From Nanobdellota archaeon (GTDB taxonomy: Archaea > Nanobdellota > Nanobdellia > Parvarchaeales > Parvarchaeaceae), in contig JAJZLM010000008.1 of the NCBI GenBank assembly GCA_021850635.1, positions 1-61,905 on the forward strand: 61,905 nucleotides of DNA. Reading direction: 5' to 3'. The notes under the pieces are model-generated. The model made no database searches. It had not been told where the DNA came from and was given only the letters and a program-made list of their open reading frames with translations. Below, piece after piece: positions 9,635-19,120 of the stretch (positions within the stretch are counted from its first letter, which is position 1; each line of letters starts with the position of its first letter). Made by a program: the position numbers and the translations under genes.

Positions 9635-10966
9635 TTAGTCTAGTACAAGTTCCTGGCCATTCAAAAGTATGTGTGACGTCTTATTCAATTCATAACCCAT
9701 ATCTTTCGCCAAGTCTATCGCTACGCTTATCTTGTCCATGCCTCCATGGGATGGTATAAGATGCTTGGGTCTAAACATCTTTAGCATAAGCTTATAGTCG
9801 TTCTTTGAGCCGTGCCCTGACACATGTATATTGTCTGCAATGTTGACGTTCAGTCTTTCTAGCGCGACCTGTAACATGCTTCTGTTAGCTATGTTCAGAG
9901 AGGTAGGTATAACCCTCGATGAAAATATAACTGCATCATCGTTACCAAGTTTATACTCGTACTGCCCAGTCACAAGTTTGTCTAGGAAAGCTCCTTTTTC
10001 CCCTTGGTGGCCAGTGCATATTATTACGTATTTTCCTGGCTTACCCCTCACATACCTCAATATCTCGTTTACTTTCACCCTTCTAGTGATGACCTCCGGG
10101 AACTTTGATTTTTCTATTATTTTGGTGTCTATAGCTGCGCTGATGTACATGGACATGCTCCTGCCGAATATCAGCACTTGCCTGTTCAATTTCCTGCTTA
10201 TTTCTATTATATTTTTTATCCTAGCTATATGCGATGAAAAGGTAGTTACAAATATAGTCTTATTGCTAAGAGACTTCTTTATTACGTCCTCTAGCATAGT
10301 CCTAACCACGCTTTCTGAAAAAGTATACCCTTCTTGATCGACATTTGTAGAGTCTAGGATCAAGGCGTATACGCCTTTGTCCCCGAGCTCCTGCATCCTT
10401 GCGTAATTAGGTTTCTGACCGAGAGTTGGTGTGTCATCCAGTTTCCAGTCGTTAGCATACACTACCGCTCCATAGATAGTGTGTACCACAAGTATAGCTG
10501 AATTTGGTATAGAGTGGGTTATGTTCACAAGTTCCACCGACACCTTATCAGATATCTTATATTGCGTCCCAGTGTTAAGTCTTATAAGGTTTAAGTCCTT
10601 TTGCTTGAAATTTGCCATCAAGTTCTCAAGGACCTTAAGCGTGAACTGCGTGCCTATCACTGGACACTTGTACTTTGCAGCTAGGAAAGGCACTCCCCAT
10701 ATGTGGTCCAGGTGACCGTGTGTAAGAACAATAGCCTTTACCTTTTTCCCGTTCTCATTGAAAAACGCTGTATCGTCCGGTATCACTCCATTCTCTATGA
10801 GAGCTTGTGTATCGTGTATGGATATAACGCTCTTCTCATCCTCGAAATCCACGAGTTTCTCTATGTCAGCTCCTATGTCAGTCACGATGATTTCTCCATC
10901 GACGTCTATGGCAGTCATGCTCTTTCCTATTTTGCTGTATCCTCCAAATGCTTTTATCTTTATCAT
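9635..10966 (-). CDS. rnj: Archaeal RNase J (metallo-beta-lactamase / beta-CASP ribonuclease)
   Basis: 443 aa; HGHLDH metal-binding motif near the N-terminus; size typical of archaeal RNase J. Confidence 0.78.
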   Translation of the reverse strand: MIKIKAFGGYSKIGKSMTAIDVDGEIIVTDIGADIEKLVDFEDEKSVISIHDTQALIENGVIPDDTAFFNENGKKVKAIVLTHGHLDHIWGVPFLAAKYKCPVIGTQFTLKVLENLMANFKQKDLNLIRLNTGTQYKISDKVSVELVNITHSIPNSAILVVHTIYGAVVYANDWKLDDTPTLGQKPNYARMQELGDKGVYALILDSTNVDQEGYTFSESVVRTMLEDVIKKSLSNKTIFVTTFSSHIARIKNIIEISRKLNRQVLIFGRSMSMYISAAIDTKIIEKSKFPEVITRRVKVNEILRYVRGKPGKYVIICTGHQGEKGAFLDKLVTGQYEYKLGNDDAVIFSSRVIPTSLNIANRSMLQVALERLNVNIADNIHVSGHGSKNDYKLMLKMFRPKHLIPSHGGMDKISVAIDLAKDMGYELNKTSHILLNGQELVLD

Positions 10967-11916
10967 ATTCTTTTTATGTATTCACCTACGTTTTTAATCC
11001 CATTCTCTACGGCAAGCTTTTCAAGGTGTTTCATAACCCCACTGCCGTATTGCATGGCCTTTTTGTTTCTTTCCACAATACGCTCGTCGAGACCCAACTT
11101 CTTTCCTGCAAGCCTCAGCTGTGTTTTGTGATAAATGTCATCACGCGTCGTCTCTATGCGCATATTCAATGCAAAATTAACTATTTCTTCATTTAAATAT
11201 GGCGACAAGACTCTAGCACCAAGACAATCCGCTATCTTATTTATCCTTATCATGTCCGTGACGTTTATGTACGACAATCTCTCATCTCTAAGGCTTCTAA
11301 GAGAGCTTGCCGACCGTTCCAACCTGTGTTTAGCAAAACCGAAGAACAGTTCGTCACTGCCTATGCCACTCAGAAGTTTTCTGCGACCGCGAGAAACTGC
11401 CAGCTTTATGGCTGAATACTCAGTTATCCCGATTATAACATTATAAGTGTCCAGTCCGAGCGATTTTAACTTGACAACTATGTCCTTGATTTTCTCATCG
11501 GTTAGAAAGGCCTTATTAACATTTACTCCCATGCTGTCTGCTAATATGCTGGAAAATTTGATGTCCTCGCTGTCTGGAAACCCAGATGTGAAAAATTCTA
11601 TGTCTTCTTTCTTCTTTTTGGCTATCGCAGCTATTACCGACGAATCTATACCACCTGATACCAATACACCATCGAACGCCCCGCATCCATCGACTGCTTT
11701 CATTAAAACGGACATAATGTCCTTACCTTTATTCTTATTTCGATAATCCAACCGTTTTATCCTGATCCCTCTCCCAATCCTAGTTATAGAATTCCCTGGA
11801 AGGACCATCTCAAAGCCGGCTAAGTCGATGGATTTGCAAGCAGTATTGAAAATGTCCGTCCTTATCAATTTATCTTCCCTATCTTTTATCGTGTTTGTTG
11901 CTGTTTTTATTCTCAT
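10963..11916 (-). CDS. Asparagine synthase C-terminal-domain-like PP-loop ATP pyrophosphatase (start uncertain)
   Basis: VLVSGGIDSSVIAAIA PP-loop. The longest ORF overlaps the upstream DUF192 gene by 38 nt. Internal Met codons at 11808 or 11715 are more plausible starts. Confidence 0.6.
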   Translation of the reverse strand: MRIKTATNTIKDREDKLIRTDIFNTACKSIDLAGFEMVLPGNSITRIGRGIRIKRLDYRNKNKGKDIMSVLMKAVDGCGAFDGVLVSGGIDSSVIAAIAKKKKEDIEFFTSGFPDSEDIKFSSILADSMGVNVNKAFLTDEKIKDIVVKLKSLGLDTYNVIIGITEYSAIKLAVSRGRRKLLSGIGSDELFFGFAKHRLERSASSLRSLRDERLSYINVTDMIRINKIADCLGARVLSPYLNEEIVNFALNMRIETTRDDIYHKTQLRLAGKKLGLDERIVERNKKAMQYGSGVMKHLEKLAVENGIKNVGEYIKRI

Positions 11917-12247
11917 ATACCTTTATCTTAAGCTTATCTCCTACGCTAAGTTTAGCGTGATTGGACACGGGCAGTTCGAGCACATGGACCGCACCATAAG
12001 GGCCGTTATAAAGCCTCCATCTCTTCGCGATTTTTTCTTCCATCACGCGGAAATCCCTATCTAACCACACGACTCTTAGTTCAAAGTTCACGAAATTCAT
12101 GTGTATATCTTTTACATCAGGGAGAAAAGCGCCCGCCCCAGGATGTTTTACGAACATAAGCCCGAGCAGTTTTAGACCAAAAGTGCCACAATATTTTACT
12201 CTCTTCGCTATAGGCTTAGCGCCTTTATACACATCACAAAACTCCAT
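11879..12247 (-). CDS. DUF192-like protein
   Basis: 122 aa; pattern LLGLMF...GAFLP....HMNFVNFELRVVWLD....VHVLELP resembles DUF192 (COG1430). Confidence 0.5.
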   Translation of the reverse strand: MEFCDVYKGAKPIAKRVKYCGTFGLKLLGLMFVKHPGAGAFLPDVKDIHMNFVNFELRVVWLDRDFRVMEEKIAKRWRLYNGPYGAVHVLELPVSNHAKLSVGDKLKIKVYENKNSNKHDKR

Positions 12248-12255
12248 AATAATTA

Positions 12256-12855
12256 TTAGAAATCTAATTCTTTCGAAATAAAGTCGTCTATCTCCACACT
12301 TTCCAATTTTTCTTTCTCTGACTTGGTGCCCATCTCATACGCGAGTAGATACAGTATAAGGCCTATGCTGTTGCCGCTCTTGTTGTTTCCTGGTATTATC
12401 AGGTCTATGAAAGAGACTCTATTATCAGTATCACATATGCCTATTATAGGGATGTTTATCCTCTTCGCATCGTTTATAGCCCTCCTGTTAGCATTAGGGT
12501 CTGTTACAATAAGAACCTTCGGCTCAAAGAAGTTTTTGTAGTTTATATTAGTTAAAGATCCAGCCAAATACCTACCGAAATTCACGCTGACTTTCATCAA
12601 TTTCGCGAAGTTGTATATCGCATAGTATGCGCTATCGAGCGTACAAACGAGCAGTATATCCTTCCTGTTATAGTTGTTTAGAGATTTAGCGGCTAGTTTT
12701 ATCCTGTCGTCTATGAGCTTTATGTTGAGTATGGTGAATTTATTGGCTATTTTCTTGAATACAAACCTTTCTAACGCGGTGTTTACCGATTTTGTGCCTA
12801 TGCGCGTACCATACTTCTTGTACGCTTCTAATTTGTCCGTTTTCTTCAACATCAT
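12256..12855 (-). CDS. rps2: Ribosomal protein uS2
   Basis: LIVTDPNANRRAINDAKRINIPIIGICDTDN, a typical uS2 core. Follows enolase as in other archaea. Confidence 0.9.
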   Translation of the reverse strand: MMLKKTDKLEAYKKYGTRIGTKSVNTALERFVFKKIANKFTILNIKLIDDRIKLAAKSLNNYNRKDILLVCTLDSAYYAIYNFAKLMKVSVNFGRYLAGSLTNINYKNFFEPKVLIVTDPNANRRAINDAKRINIPIIGICDTDNRVSFIDLIIPGNNKSGNSIGLILYLLAYEMGTKSEKEKLESVEIDDFISKELDF

Positions 12856-14021
12856 ATCTGATCAATTTCTAATAGTCTATTAATTTTGTCTACTCTCTCT
12901 CCTCTATTAATTCCTACTTTTAAATACTTTGCGCCCAAGCCTACGGCTAGGTCTGAAAGGATGTTTATAGAGGTTTCCTCGGACCTGTGTGACGCTATTT
13001 TGGTTATTCCGATCTTATCAGCCATATCGGAGAACTCTTTAACCTTGTATAATAGTCCTACTTGGTTCGGTTTTATAAGCACAGCGTTTATCTTGCCGGT
13101 CGCTTCGCTGAGCCTATCCGTGGAAGTTGCGGTAGAATCATCTCCTACCACAAGATTGCCACATAGAGAGAGTATCTTGCCGTAGTCCTCTAATAGGGAT
13201 TCACCGACAGGGTCTTCTATATAATATAGATCGAACTCGTCCGTAAGCTTTTTAACTATGTCTATTTGCTCTTCCCGTGATACTTCTTTCTTTCCATATA
13301 AAGGTTTCTTGTAGGTATACTTTCCATCCTTAAAGAACGTGGACGCTGCCATGTCTACTCCTAAACGTATGTCCTTCCCAGTCCTTTCTATGACTTTCTC
13401 TACAGCTTTTTTAGCTATCTTAAGCGATTCGTAATTGTCCAATCCTGTGACAAACCCACCTTCTGGATCGACTCCTCCGATAAAGCTGTAAGTGCTGTTC
13501 TTTAGTATCTCCTTAAGCTGTTTGTACACTTCTAAAGTGCCGTCAACGCTGCTGCGTACATCTTCTTCCATCGTGACGGCCAATATCTCCTGGATATCCA
13601 TCCCTAAATTGGACGCATGCATCCCCCCTCCAAGCATCTTTGATACTGGCAGGACTAAGCTCTTCTGACCGAACAGCTCATATGGCTCTTTCCTTGATTC
13701 GGCTGCTATCGCATACACCAGCGCATACGATAAGGACAATGAAGGTCCGCCAATGAATTCCTTTGGTATCTCTTTTTCTAAGGAATATACGTCCTCTATT
13801 GTGGATAGCTCTTTGTTTTTGAGGGTCCCTAAGAATCTATTGAACTTGTCTATTTCAGAATCTAGCCCTTCCTTGAACTGTGCCACTTCAAATTCGCTTA
13901 CACTCTCACCTGCGGGAGACGACCCTCTAAATTTTCCTGAATCGGACTCGATATCAACCTGTATAGTAAAGTTCGAATTTGAATTGAGTATTTTCAGTGC
14001 TATTGCATTTTTTATCTTCAT
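12852..14021 (-). CDS. eno: Enolase (short, divergent)
   Basis: 389 aa; SHRSEETS (cf. SHRSGETED), IKPNQVG, DD motif. Conserved archaeal eno-rps2 linkage with 4-nt overlap. Confidence 0.78.
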   Translation of the reverse strand: MKIKNAIALKILNSNSNFTIQVDIESDSGKFRGSSPAGESVSEFEVAQFKEGLDSEIDKFNRFLGTLKNKELSTIEDVYSLEKEIPKEFIGGPSLSLSYALVYAIAAESRKEPYELFGQKSLVLPVSKMLGGGMHASNLGMDIQEILAVTMEEDVRSSVDGTLEVYKQLKEILKNSTYSFIGGVDPEGGFVTGLDNYESLKIAKKAVEKVIERTGKDIRLGVDMAASTFFKDGKYTYKKPLYGKKEVSREEQIDIVKKLTDEFDLYYIEDPVGESLLEDYGKILSLCGNLVVGDDSTATSTDRLSEATGKINAVLIKPNQVGLLYKVKEFSDMADKIGITKIASHRSEETSINILSDLAVGLGAKYLKVGINRGERVDKINRLLEIDQI

Positions 14022-14183
14022 AGATTAATCAGTATTTCGCGTTATTTAAACATTGACGGCTCGCTGTATTTTTACTGCCCTTCTTTACGATTATATCATG
14101 TCTATAAACTAACCTAGAGTCGTATATCAATTGATTGCGCTCGATTAAAGCAATATATTTAGATGGCTTCATAGAATTACTAT

Positions 14184-15863
14184 ATGACAGAATACAAACT
14201 TGACAATAAGTTCAACGATTCATTCAAGCAGGTAGCTCTAGGTGTATCTATAGGAGAAAACAATCAGCTTGCTGAGTTTGCGAAGATACTTAGAAGCGGT
14301 GCTCAGATGGTAGAACTGGATCTCGCTAGCCTTTACGGACACACGGGTCAGGGAACATCAGCTGAAAAGATCGGCAAAACTGAAAGAGAAGCAATAGGTA
14401 ACTTGGCAAAGACCACTAATTCCGATCTTAGTGTACATGCACCGTGGTCTATAAACTTTTCTGGAATAAACCCGAAGACCGGGGAAAAAGACACCAGTTA
14501 CAGCGAGCTTATGAGGAATGAGATAGAAGCTGCTATAAAATTCACAGATGAAATCAGCAGGCCTATGGGAAGACGCAACATGCCGATAATATTTCACGCC
14601 GCTTCGGATAACTTCGGCACACCAGATCCTAGATCACGCATAACTGTCTATGATAAAAAAGATGACAAAGTTATCTCTATAGGTCCATCAAAGATTATGA
14701 ACACAAGTTTGGAAGAATTCAAAAATGTTTATGGTGAAGACACCTTCAAAAGATTGCGTGGAGAGATAGCCCAGAAAAAAACCGATAGGAATGAGGCTTA
14801 TATCGAATTCACCCCTCAGGGCGCCCTTAACTTCCAACTAGACCAGTTGAGAATAGGGATGAGTCAGCAACTATCCACTATCGATATAAGCGAACGTAAC
14901 ATCGAGAGAAGATTGATAGAAGTAGCTAACGAATTTGTAGAGGCTAAAGCAAAAGGAGAAAACAGGGAATCCGAACTTTCAGCAAAAAAAGAAAGATTGC
15001 TCCAAGAGAAAAAGGACCTTTCGACTGAGAGGTACAGACTACAGAAAGAGATAGATAATCTGGGCTCCAGATTCGTATCATTCAGCGAAGAAGCTCCTAA
15101 ACTAGCAGCAGAAGGCATAAAAAATGCAGCACTTATGGCCGCTAAAACAAAGACTGCCCCTATGATACTTGTGGAGAATACGATGAGCCCGGACATGTCT
15201 TTAAGTAAACCGGAAGACGTGAAGAAAACTATAGACGCCGCCAGAGAACTATTTGTTGAAGCTGCGATGAAGGACGAAAAACTTAGACTGTCTAGATCCG
15301 ATGCAGAGAAATTGAGTAGGGACCTGATCGGCGTAAATCTGGACGTTGGACACTTGAACATATTCAAATCGTATACGAACCCAAAGACTGGGAAACCTTA
15401 CTCAGATAAAGATATAGTCAAAATGGCTGGGACCCTAGGAGACTATGTGAAAAGATATCACTTGAACGATAATATGGGTAACATAGACGCGCACCTGCCT
15501 CTCGGAGAAGGCACTACTCCGATAAAGGAGATATATGAGACGCTTAGGAACGCGGGTGTTGAAGCGCCGGCGATAATGGAGGTATTCGGAGGTGTCGGCG
15601 GTATAACTGCCGGGATGGGTCCATCAATGCAGTATATGGGCGCGCCTCTTTTTGACAATATGCCTTATGCTGGTCTCCCGGCTTATGCCGGCAGACCTTA
15701 TTCTTCGATCGTCGGAGACTACTCCTCATATCTCAACTTGGGATTAAGGAACGACCTTTTCCAGTACGGCGGTTTCAGCGGTATATCGCCGACATTTGGA
15801 GCAGGTTACATGCAGAACGAAAGAGGTGGTGAAGGTGGCTTCTCTGGAGCGCCGATTATTTAA
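14184..15863 (+). CDS. Xylose-isomerase-like TIM-barrel protein with inserted coiled coil and Gly/Tyr-rich tail
   Basis: VELDL..., LSVHAPW, NLDVGHLN, HLNDN..IDAHLPLGEGT match the AP-endonuclease-2/sugar isomerase barrel pattern. About 100 aa of charged coiled coil lie in the middle. The C-terminal 90 aa are G/Y/P-rich. Confidence 0.5.
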   Translation: MTEYKLDNKFNDSFKQVALGVSIGENNQLAEFAKILRSGAQMVELDLASLYGHTGQGTSAEKIGKTEREAIGNLAKTTNSDLSVHAPWSINFSGINPKTGEKDTSYSELMRNEIEAAIKFTDEISRPMGRRNMPIIFHAASDNFGTPDPRSRITVYDKKDDKVISIGPSKIMNTSLEEFKNVYGEDTFKRLRGEIAQKKTDRNEAYIEFTPQGALNFQLDQLRIGMSQQLSTIDISERNIERRLIEVANEFVEAKAKGENRESELSAKKERLLQEKKDLSTERYRLQKEIDNLGSRFVSFSEEAPKLAAEGIKNAALMAAKTKTAPMILVENTMSPDMSLSKPEDVKKTIDAARELFVEAAMKDEKLRLSRSDAEKLSRDLIGVNLDVGHLNIFKSYTNPKTGKPYSDKDIVKMAGTLGDYVKRYHLNDNMGNIDAHLPLGEGTTPIKEIYETLRNAGVEAPAIMEVFGGVGGITAGMGPSMQYMGAPLFDNMPYAGLPAYAGRPYSSIVGDYSSYLNLGLRNDLFQYGGFSGISPTFGAGYMQNERGGEGGFSGAPII

Positions 15864-15864
15864 T

Positions 15865-16647
15865 ATGGATGAAAAAGACAAGGGAGAATTAAAGCTAAGA
15901 GGATATGATTCGGCGTATAAGTTCGCCAAAGGGGCGTTCGAAAAATACCCTAAACTTATAAAGACCATTGCATTGTTCGGTTCGTACAGCAAAGGAAAGG
16001 AAACAGAGCAAAGCGATGTGGATATAATGCTGATAATGGATGACGTATTAAACAAGTTGGATGAAAACGTACTAGCTCCTTTCTACGCAGACATAGACAA
16101 GATAATAAAAGCTGAAAAATCCATGAAGTTGCATATAAACTTCGTTACCCTAACGGCTTTCTGGAAGGGTGTTCTAGCTGCTGACCCTGTTTCTGTAAAC
16201 GTGCTAAAATACGGAGTACCGCTCATAGATACTGGATATTTTGAGCCGCTGCAGGTACTATTAGAAAGAGGAGAAATAAAACCAACGGAAGAATCTATAT
16301 ACGCCGCTCTCTCCAGGAGTCAGCTGTACGCGGAGTCTTCAAAGATAAGGCTTGCTGGTTCAATAACCGACATGTACTGGTCGGTCGTCAATTCGGCCCA
16401 GGCTCTGATAATGAAGCATGGAGAGGTGCCTCCTTCTCCAGAAACGATAGGGGAAATGCTTGAATCTCTGCAGAGGATGCACGTGGTAACAGAGGAAGAT
16501 ATATCCACGTTTAACCAGATATTCACAATAGGCAAAAAAATACTGCACGGCGACAAAGTGGAGATAACCGGAACCGATGTAGACAAGATAATAAGCGCAG
16601 GAATGCGATTCAACGAGAAGATGGACCGTCTGGTCGAAAAAGGTTAA
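15865..16647 (+). CDS. Nucleotidyltransferase (Pol-beta superfamily) fused to a HEPN-like helical domain
   Basis: FGSYSKGKETEQSDVDIMLIMDD (GS...DxD NTase motif) with a helical C-terminal half. Paralog of 24492..25571. First ATG is 1 nt after the upstream stop. Confidence 0.72.
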   Translation: MDEKDKGELKLRGYDSAYKFAKGAFEKYPKLIKTIALFGSYSKGKETEQSDVDIMLIMDDVLNKLDENVLAPFYADIDKIIKAEKSMKLHINFVTLTAFWKGVLAADPVSVNVLKYGVPLIDTGYFEPLQVLLERGEIKPTEESIYAALSRSQLYAESSKIRLAGSITDMYWSVVNSAQALIMKHGEVPPSPETIGEMLESLQRMHVVTEEDISTFNQIFTIGKKILHGDKVEITGTDVDKIISAGMRFNEKMDRLVEKG

Positions 16648-16709
16648 TTCTCCAAAGGTTTAACGCTGTTATAAGCAATATTTAAATACTAAAAGAGACT
16701 TGTATCATA

Positions 16710-17078
16710 ATGATAACCGGTTCCAAAGGTCAAGGATTACCGATAAATACTATAATACTTATAGCTATAGGTCTTCTGATATTGGTCCTTTTCATAACGT
16801 TCGTTCTAAACGGGTTCAAGGGGATAGGTGGTTCGACGAATCCTAATGCCCAAGCCCAACAGGCTTTCGCATCAAATTGCCAGACTGCATGTTCTGAATC
16901 TGCGGCATCTAATAACCCAGCGCAATGGTGCAGTTATCCTAACGATACTATAGGCGGCACGCTGTTCAGCTGTGGTAATGTACCAGGAGGAACGACAAGC
17001 TGCAGGCTCGATAATGGTACAACATTCTATTGGGGTAGCTCCGGGTCTCCATCCTGCTTCAGTGTACTGAATCCTTAA
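16710..17078 (+). CDS. Cys-rich secreted protein with class III (prepilin-like) signal peptide
   Basis: MITGSKGQGLPINTIILIAIGLLILVLF N-terminus; 6 Cys in the mature part; paralog of 54314..54664. Confidence 0.6.
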   Translation: MITGSKGQGLPINTIILIAIGLLILVLFITFVLNGFKGIGGSTNPNAQAQQAFASNCQTACSESAASNNPAQWCSYPNDTIGGTLFSCGNVPGGTTSCRLDNGTTFYWGSSGSPSCFSVLNP

Positions 17079-17170
17079 TTAATCTAATCTAGTAGATACT
17101 CCTAAGTCTATATTGCAATGATTTATCTTGCTTAATAAAAGTTAAATACCAAAGATGTAATACCATAAAA

Positions 17171-17755
17171 ATGACCACGCAGAGCAGCCTAGCCAGCACG
17201 ATATTAGGCTTCATTCTACTTATAGCGATAGCTGGGGGAATAATATACGCATTGAGCAGTCACATAATATTGATAAACACGTGCAGTGCAGATTCGACTT
17301 TGATATTCCAGAACAAAACAGGGTTGTGCCTATCGCATAATTCTTCAATAGCTATATCTGAAGGGACTATAGTGCCTCTTGCGTTCAAGTTTATCGGTAA
17401 TAACCCTCTATTATACATATGGAACCAGAAGATATCAGAGAAAGCGGATTCATACGTGTTCATGTCTATACCAGACACTTTCAGAGTCCACATGCAGTAT
17501 AATGCTACTTCGGATACGGAGTTCTTGGTGATGACAAACCAGCAGTACGTTGCATGGGTAAACTCCAACGGCGCTAATGCTGCTAGTGTGTTCTCCCTGT
17601 CTGGCAAACAGGTGTCTGGATGGTTCAATGACAGTGCAGGATGCGCCGGATACGTGGCCGTGATAATATCCACCTCACATTCTGCATTTTCGATATACCC
17701 TAATGAGACAGCGCTGTACGACCCAGCGCCTTCTCCGACGGGCGTTTGCGCATAA
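17171..17755 (+). CDS. N-terminally membrane-anchored or secreted protein
   Basis: 194 aa; the single N-terminal hydrophobic helix is ILGFILLIAIAGGIIYAL. Several N-x-S/T sequons. Confidence 0.5.
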   Translation: MTTQSSLASTILGFILLIAIAGGIIYALSSHIILINTCSADSTLIFQNKTGLCLSHNSSIAISEGTIVPLAFKFIGNNPLLYIWNQKISEKADSYVFMSIPDTFRVHMQYNATSDTEFLVMTNQQYVAWVNSNGANAASVFSLSGKQVSGWFNDSAGCAGYVAVIISTSHSAFSIYPNETALYDPAPSPTGVCA

Positions 17756-17801
17756 ATTCCCCTAAAATCGATTTTATATTTACTGGAGGCTATAAGGTGT
17801 A

Positions 17802-18419
17802 ATGGAGATGAATGCTTTCGAAGCCATAAATGAACTTAAAAAGTTCTTCGATGGCACTGGATCTATAATGAAATTGAGTACTATAATACCCGCTAAAAAG
17901 CTCGATATAAATCTAGATTATTTGGAAGGCGCTGTAAAACTAAAAGTGTCTCATCCTCTGCGCTTATATGCCGATGAGATATACAAGATACTTTTGAGAC
18001 TGTACCTGGTGTCTTCGACTGAACTTATAGTCGATTTCATATCTGGCGGAAAACCCAGAAGCGTGTCTAAGAAGTTCGGTGCCGACGAAAACATAAAGGA
18101 CACTATAAACGACCTGCTGGAGCTGCCGCATGAAAGGATAACCGACATAATAATAGAAACGGAATACTTCAAGATAGTAGAGACATCTGACCTAAATGAC
18201 ACTGTTTCAATGATAATAAAAAAAGGAGACCAAAAAGCCCTGTTCAGGAGCCTGCTAAATTATCTGTTTCCATTCGTCAACGTGTCCGTCGATAAATCTG
18301 CAAAGGAAGAGATAACATTTGAACAGAACGAGGACGAGCTAACAGCGGACGTTTCTATAACGGTAGACGGGACTTCTATAGGGATAAAATCAAAGCATGT
18401 AAAGCTCCTAAAGATATGA
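17802..18419 (+). CDS. Hypothetical protein, first gene of the KaiC-like/GTPase/Roadblock operon
   Basis: 205 aa with no recognisable motif. Its stop overlaps the next start (ATGA). Confidence 0.5.
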   Translation: MEMNAFEAINELKKFFDGTGSIMKLSTIIPAKKLDINLDYLEGAVKLKVSHPLRLYADEIYKILLRLYLVSSTELIVDFISGGKPRSVSKKFGADENIKDTINDLLELPHERITDIIIETEYFKIVETSDLNDTVSMIIKKGDQKALFRSLLNYLFPFVNVSVDKSAKEEITFEQNEDELTADVSITVDGTSIGIKSKHVKLLKI

Positions 18420-19075
18420 TAAAGACAGGAATACAATCCTTCGACGATGCAGTAGGAGGCATAGATTTGAGGAAGACCTATCTTATAAGCGGAAACAAGG
18501 AAAGCGGCAAGGAGGATTTTTCGTATAGGCTTGTGGCTTCTGCCCTCCGTGATAAGAATGCGGTCATATACGTCACGACTGGAAAGACTGTAAACGACGT
18601 AATCGCATCGTTCCAGTCGAGACAGTTGAATATATCTCAGTACATGGGGAATTCTTTCAAGATAATAGACGCTTACAGCAGAAGCATATCACCGCAATCT
18701 ACGGACAATTCATATACCAAGATGCTAAACGGTCCGTTGGACCTTACGGGCATATCAGTAGCGCTTTCTGCTATGAACGCTGAAATGTCAAAGGAAGGAG
18801 TCCCGGTCCTCAACGTAATAGACTCAATTTCGGTCCTGATGCTATACAACAACCCTACTACAATATATAGGTTCCTCCAATTTGTATGCGGCCGCTCTAA
18901 AATGGCGGGGATATCTAGCGTGTTCCTTATAGATGATGAGATGCACTCCCCTGAAGTAAACGAAACCATAAAATCCATAATGGATTCTGTGATAATGCTT
19001 AGATTAGAGAACGGGAAAAGGAGCTTTAAGGTATTAGGAAACTCTAAAGAGGTACTGGATTGGAAGGACATATGA
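18416..19075 (+). CDS. KaiC/RecA-superfamily ATPase-like protein (ArlH/FlaH-sized)
   Basis: 219 aa; GIQSFDDAVGGI...LISGNKESGKE (Walker A with E in place of S/T), Walker B-like VLNVIDSIS. Confidence 0.68.
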   Translation: MIKTGIQSFDDAVGGIDLRKTYLISGNKESGKEDFSYRLVASALRDKNAVIYVTTGKTVNDVIASFQSRQLNISQYMGNSFKIIDAYSRSISPQSTDNSYTKMLNGPLDLTGISVALSAMNAEMSKEGVPVLNVIDSISVLMLYNNPTTIYRFLQFVCGRSKMAGISSVFLIDDEMHSPEVNETIKSIMDSVIMLRLENGKRSFKVLGNSKEVLDWKDI

Positions 19076-19120
19076 GCACGACCAAAGAAGGGTTATATTT
19101 GTGGGTGGATAATCTTTTTT

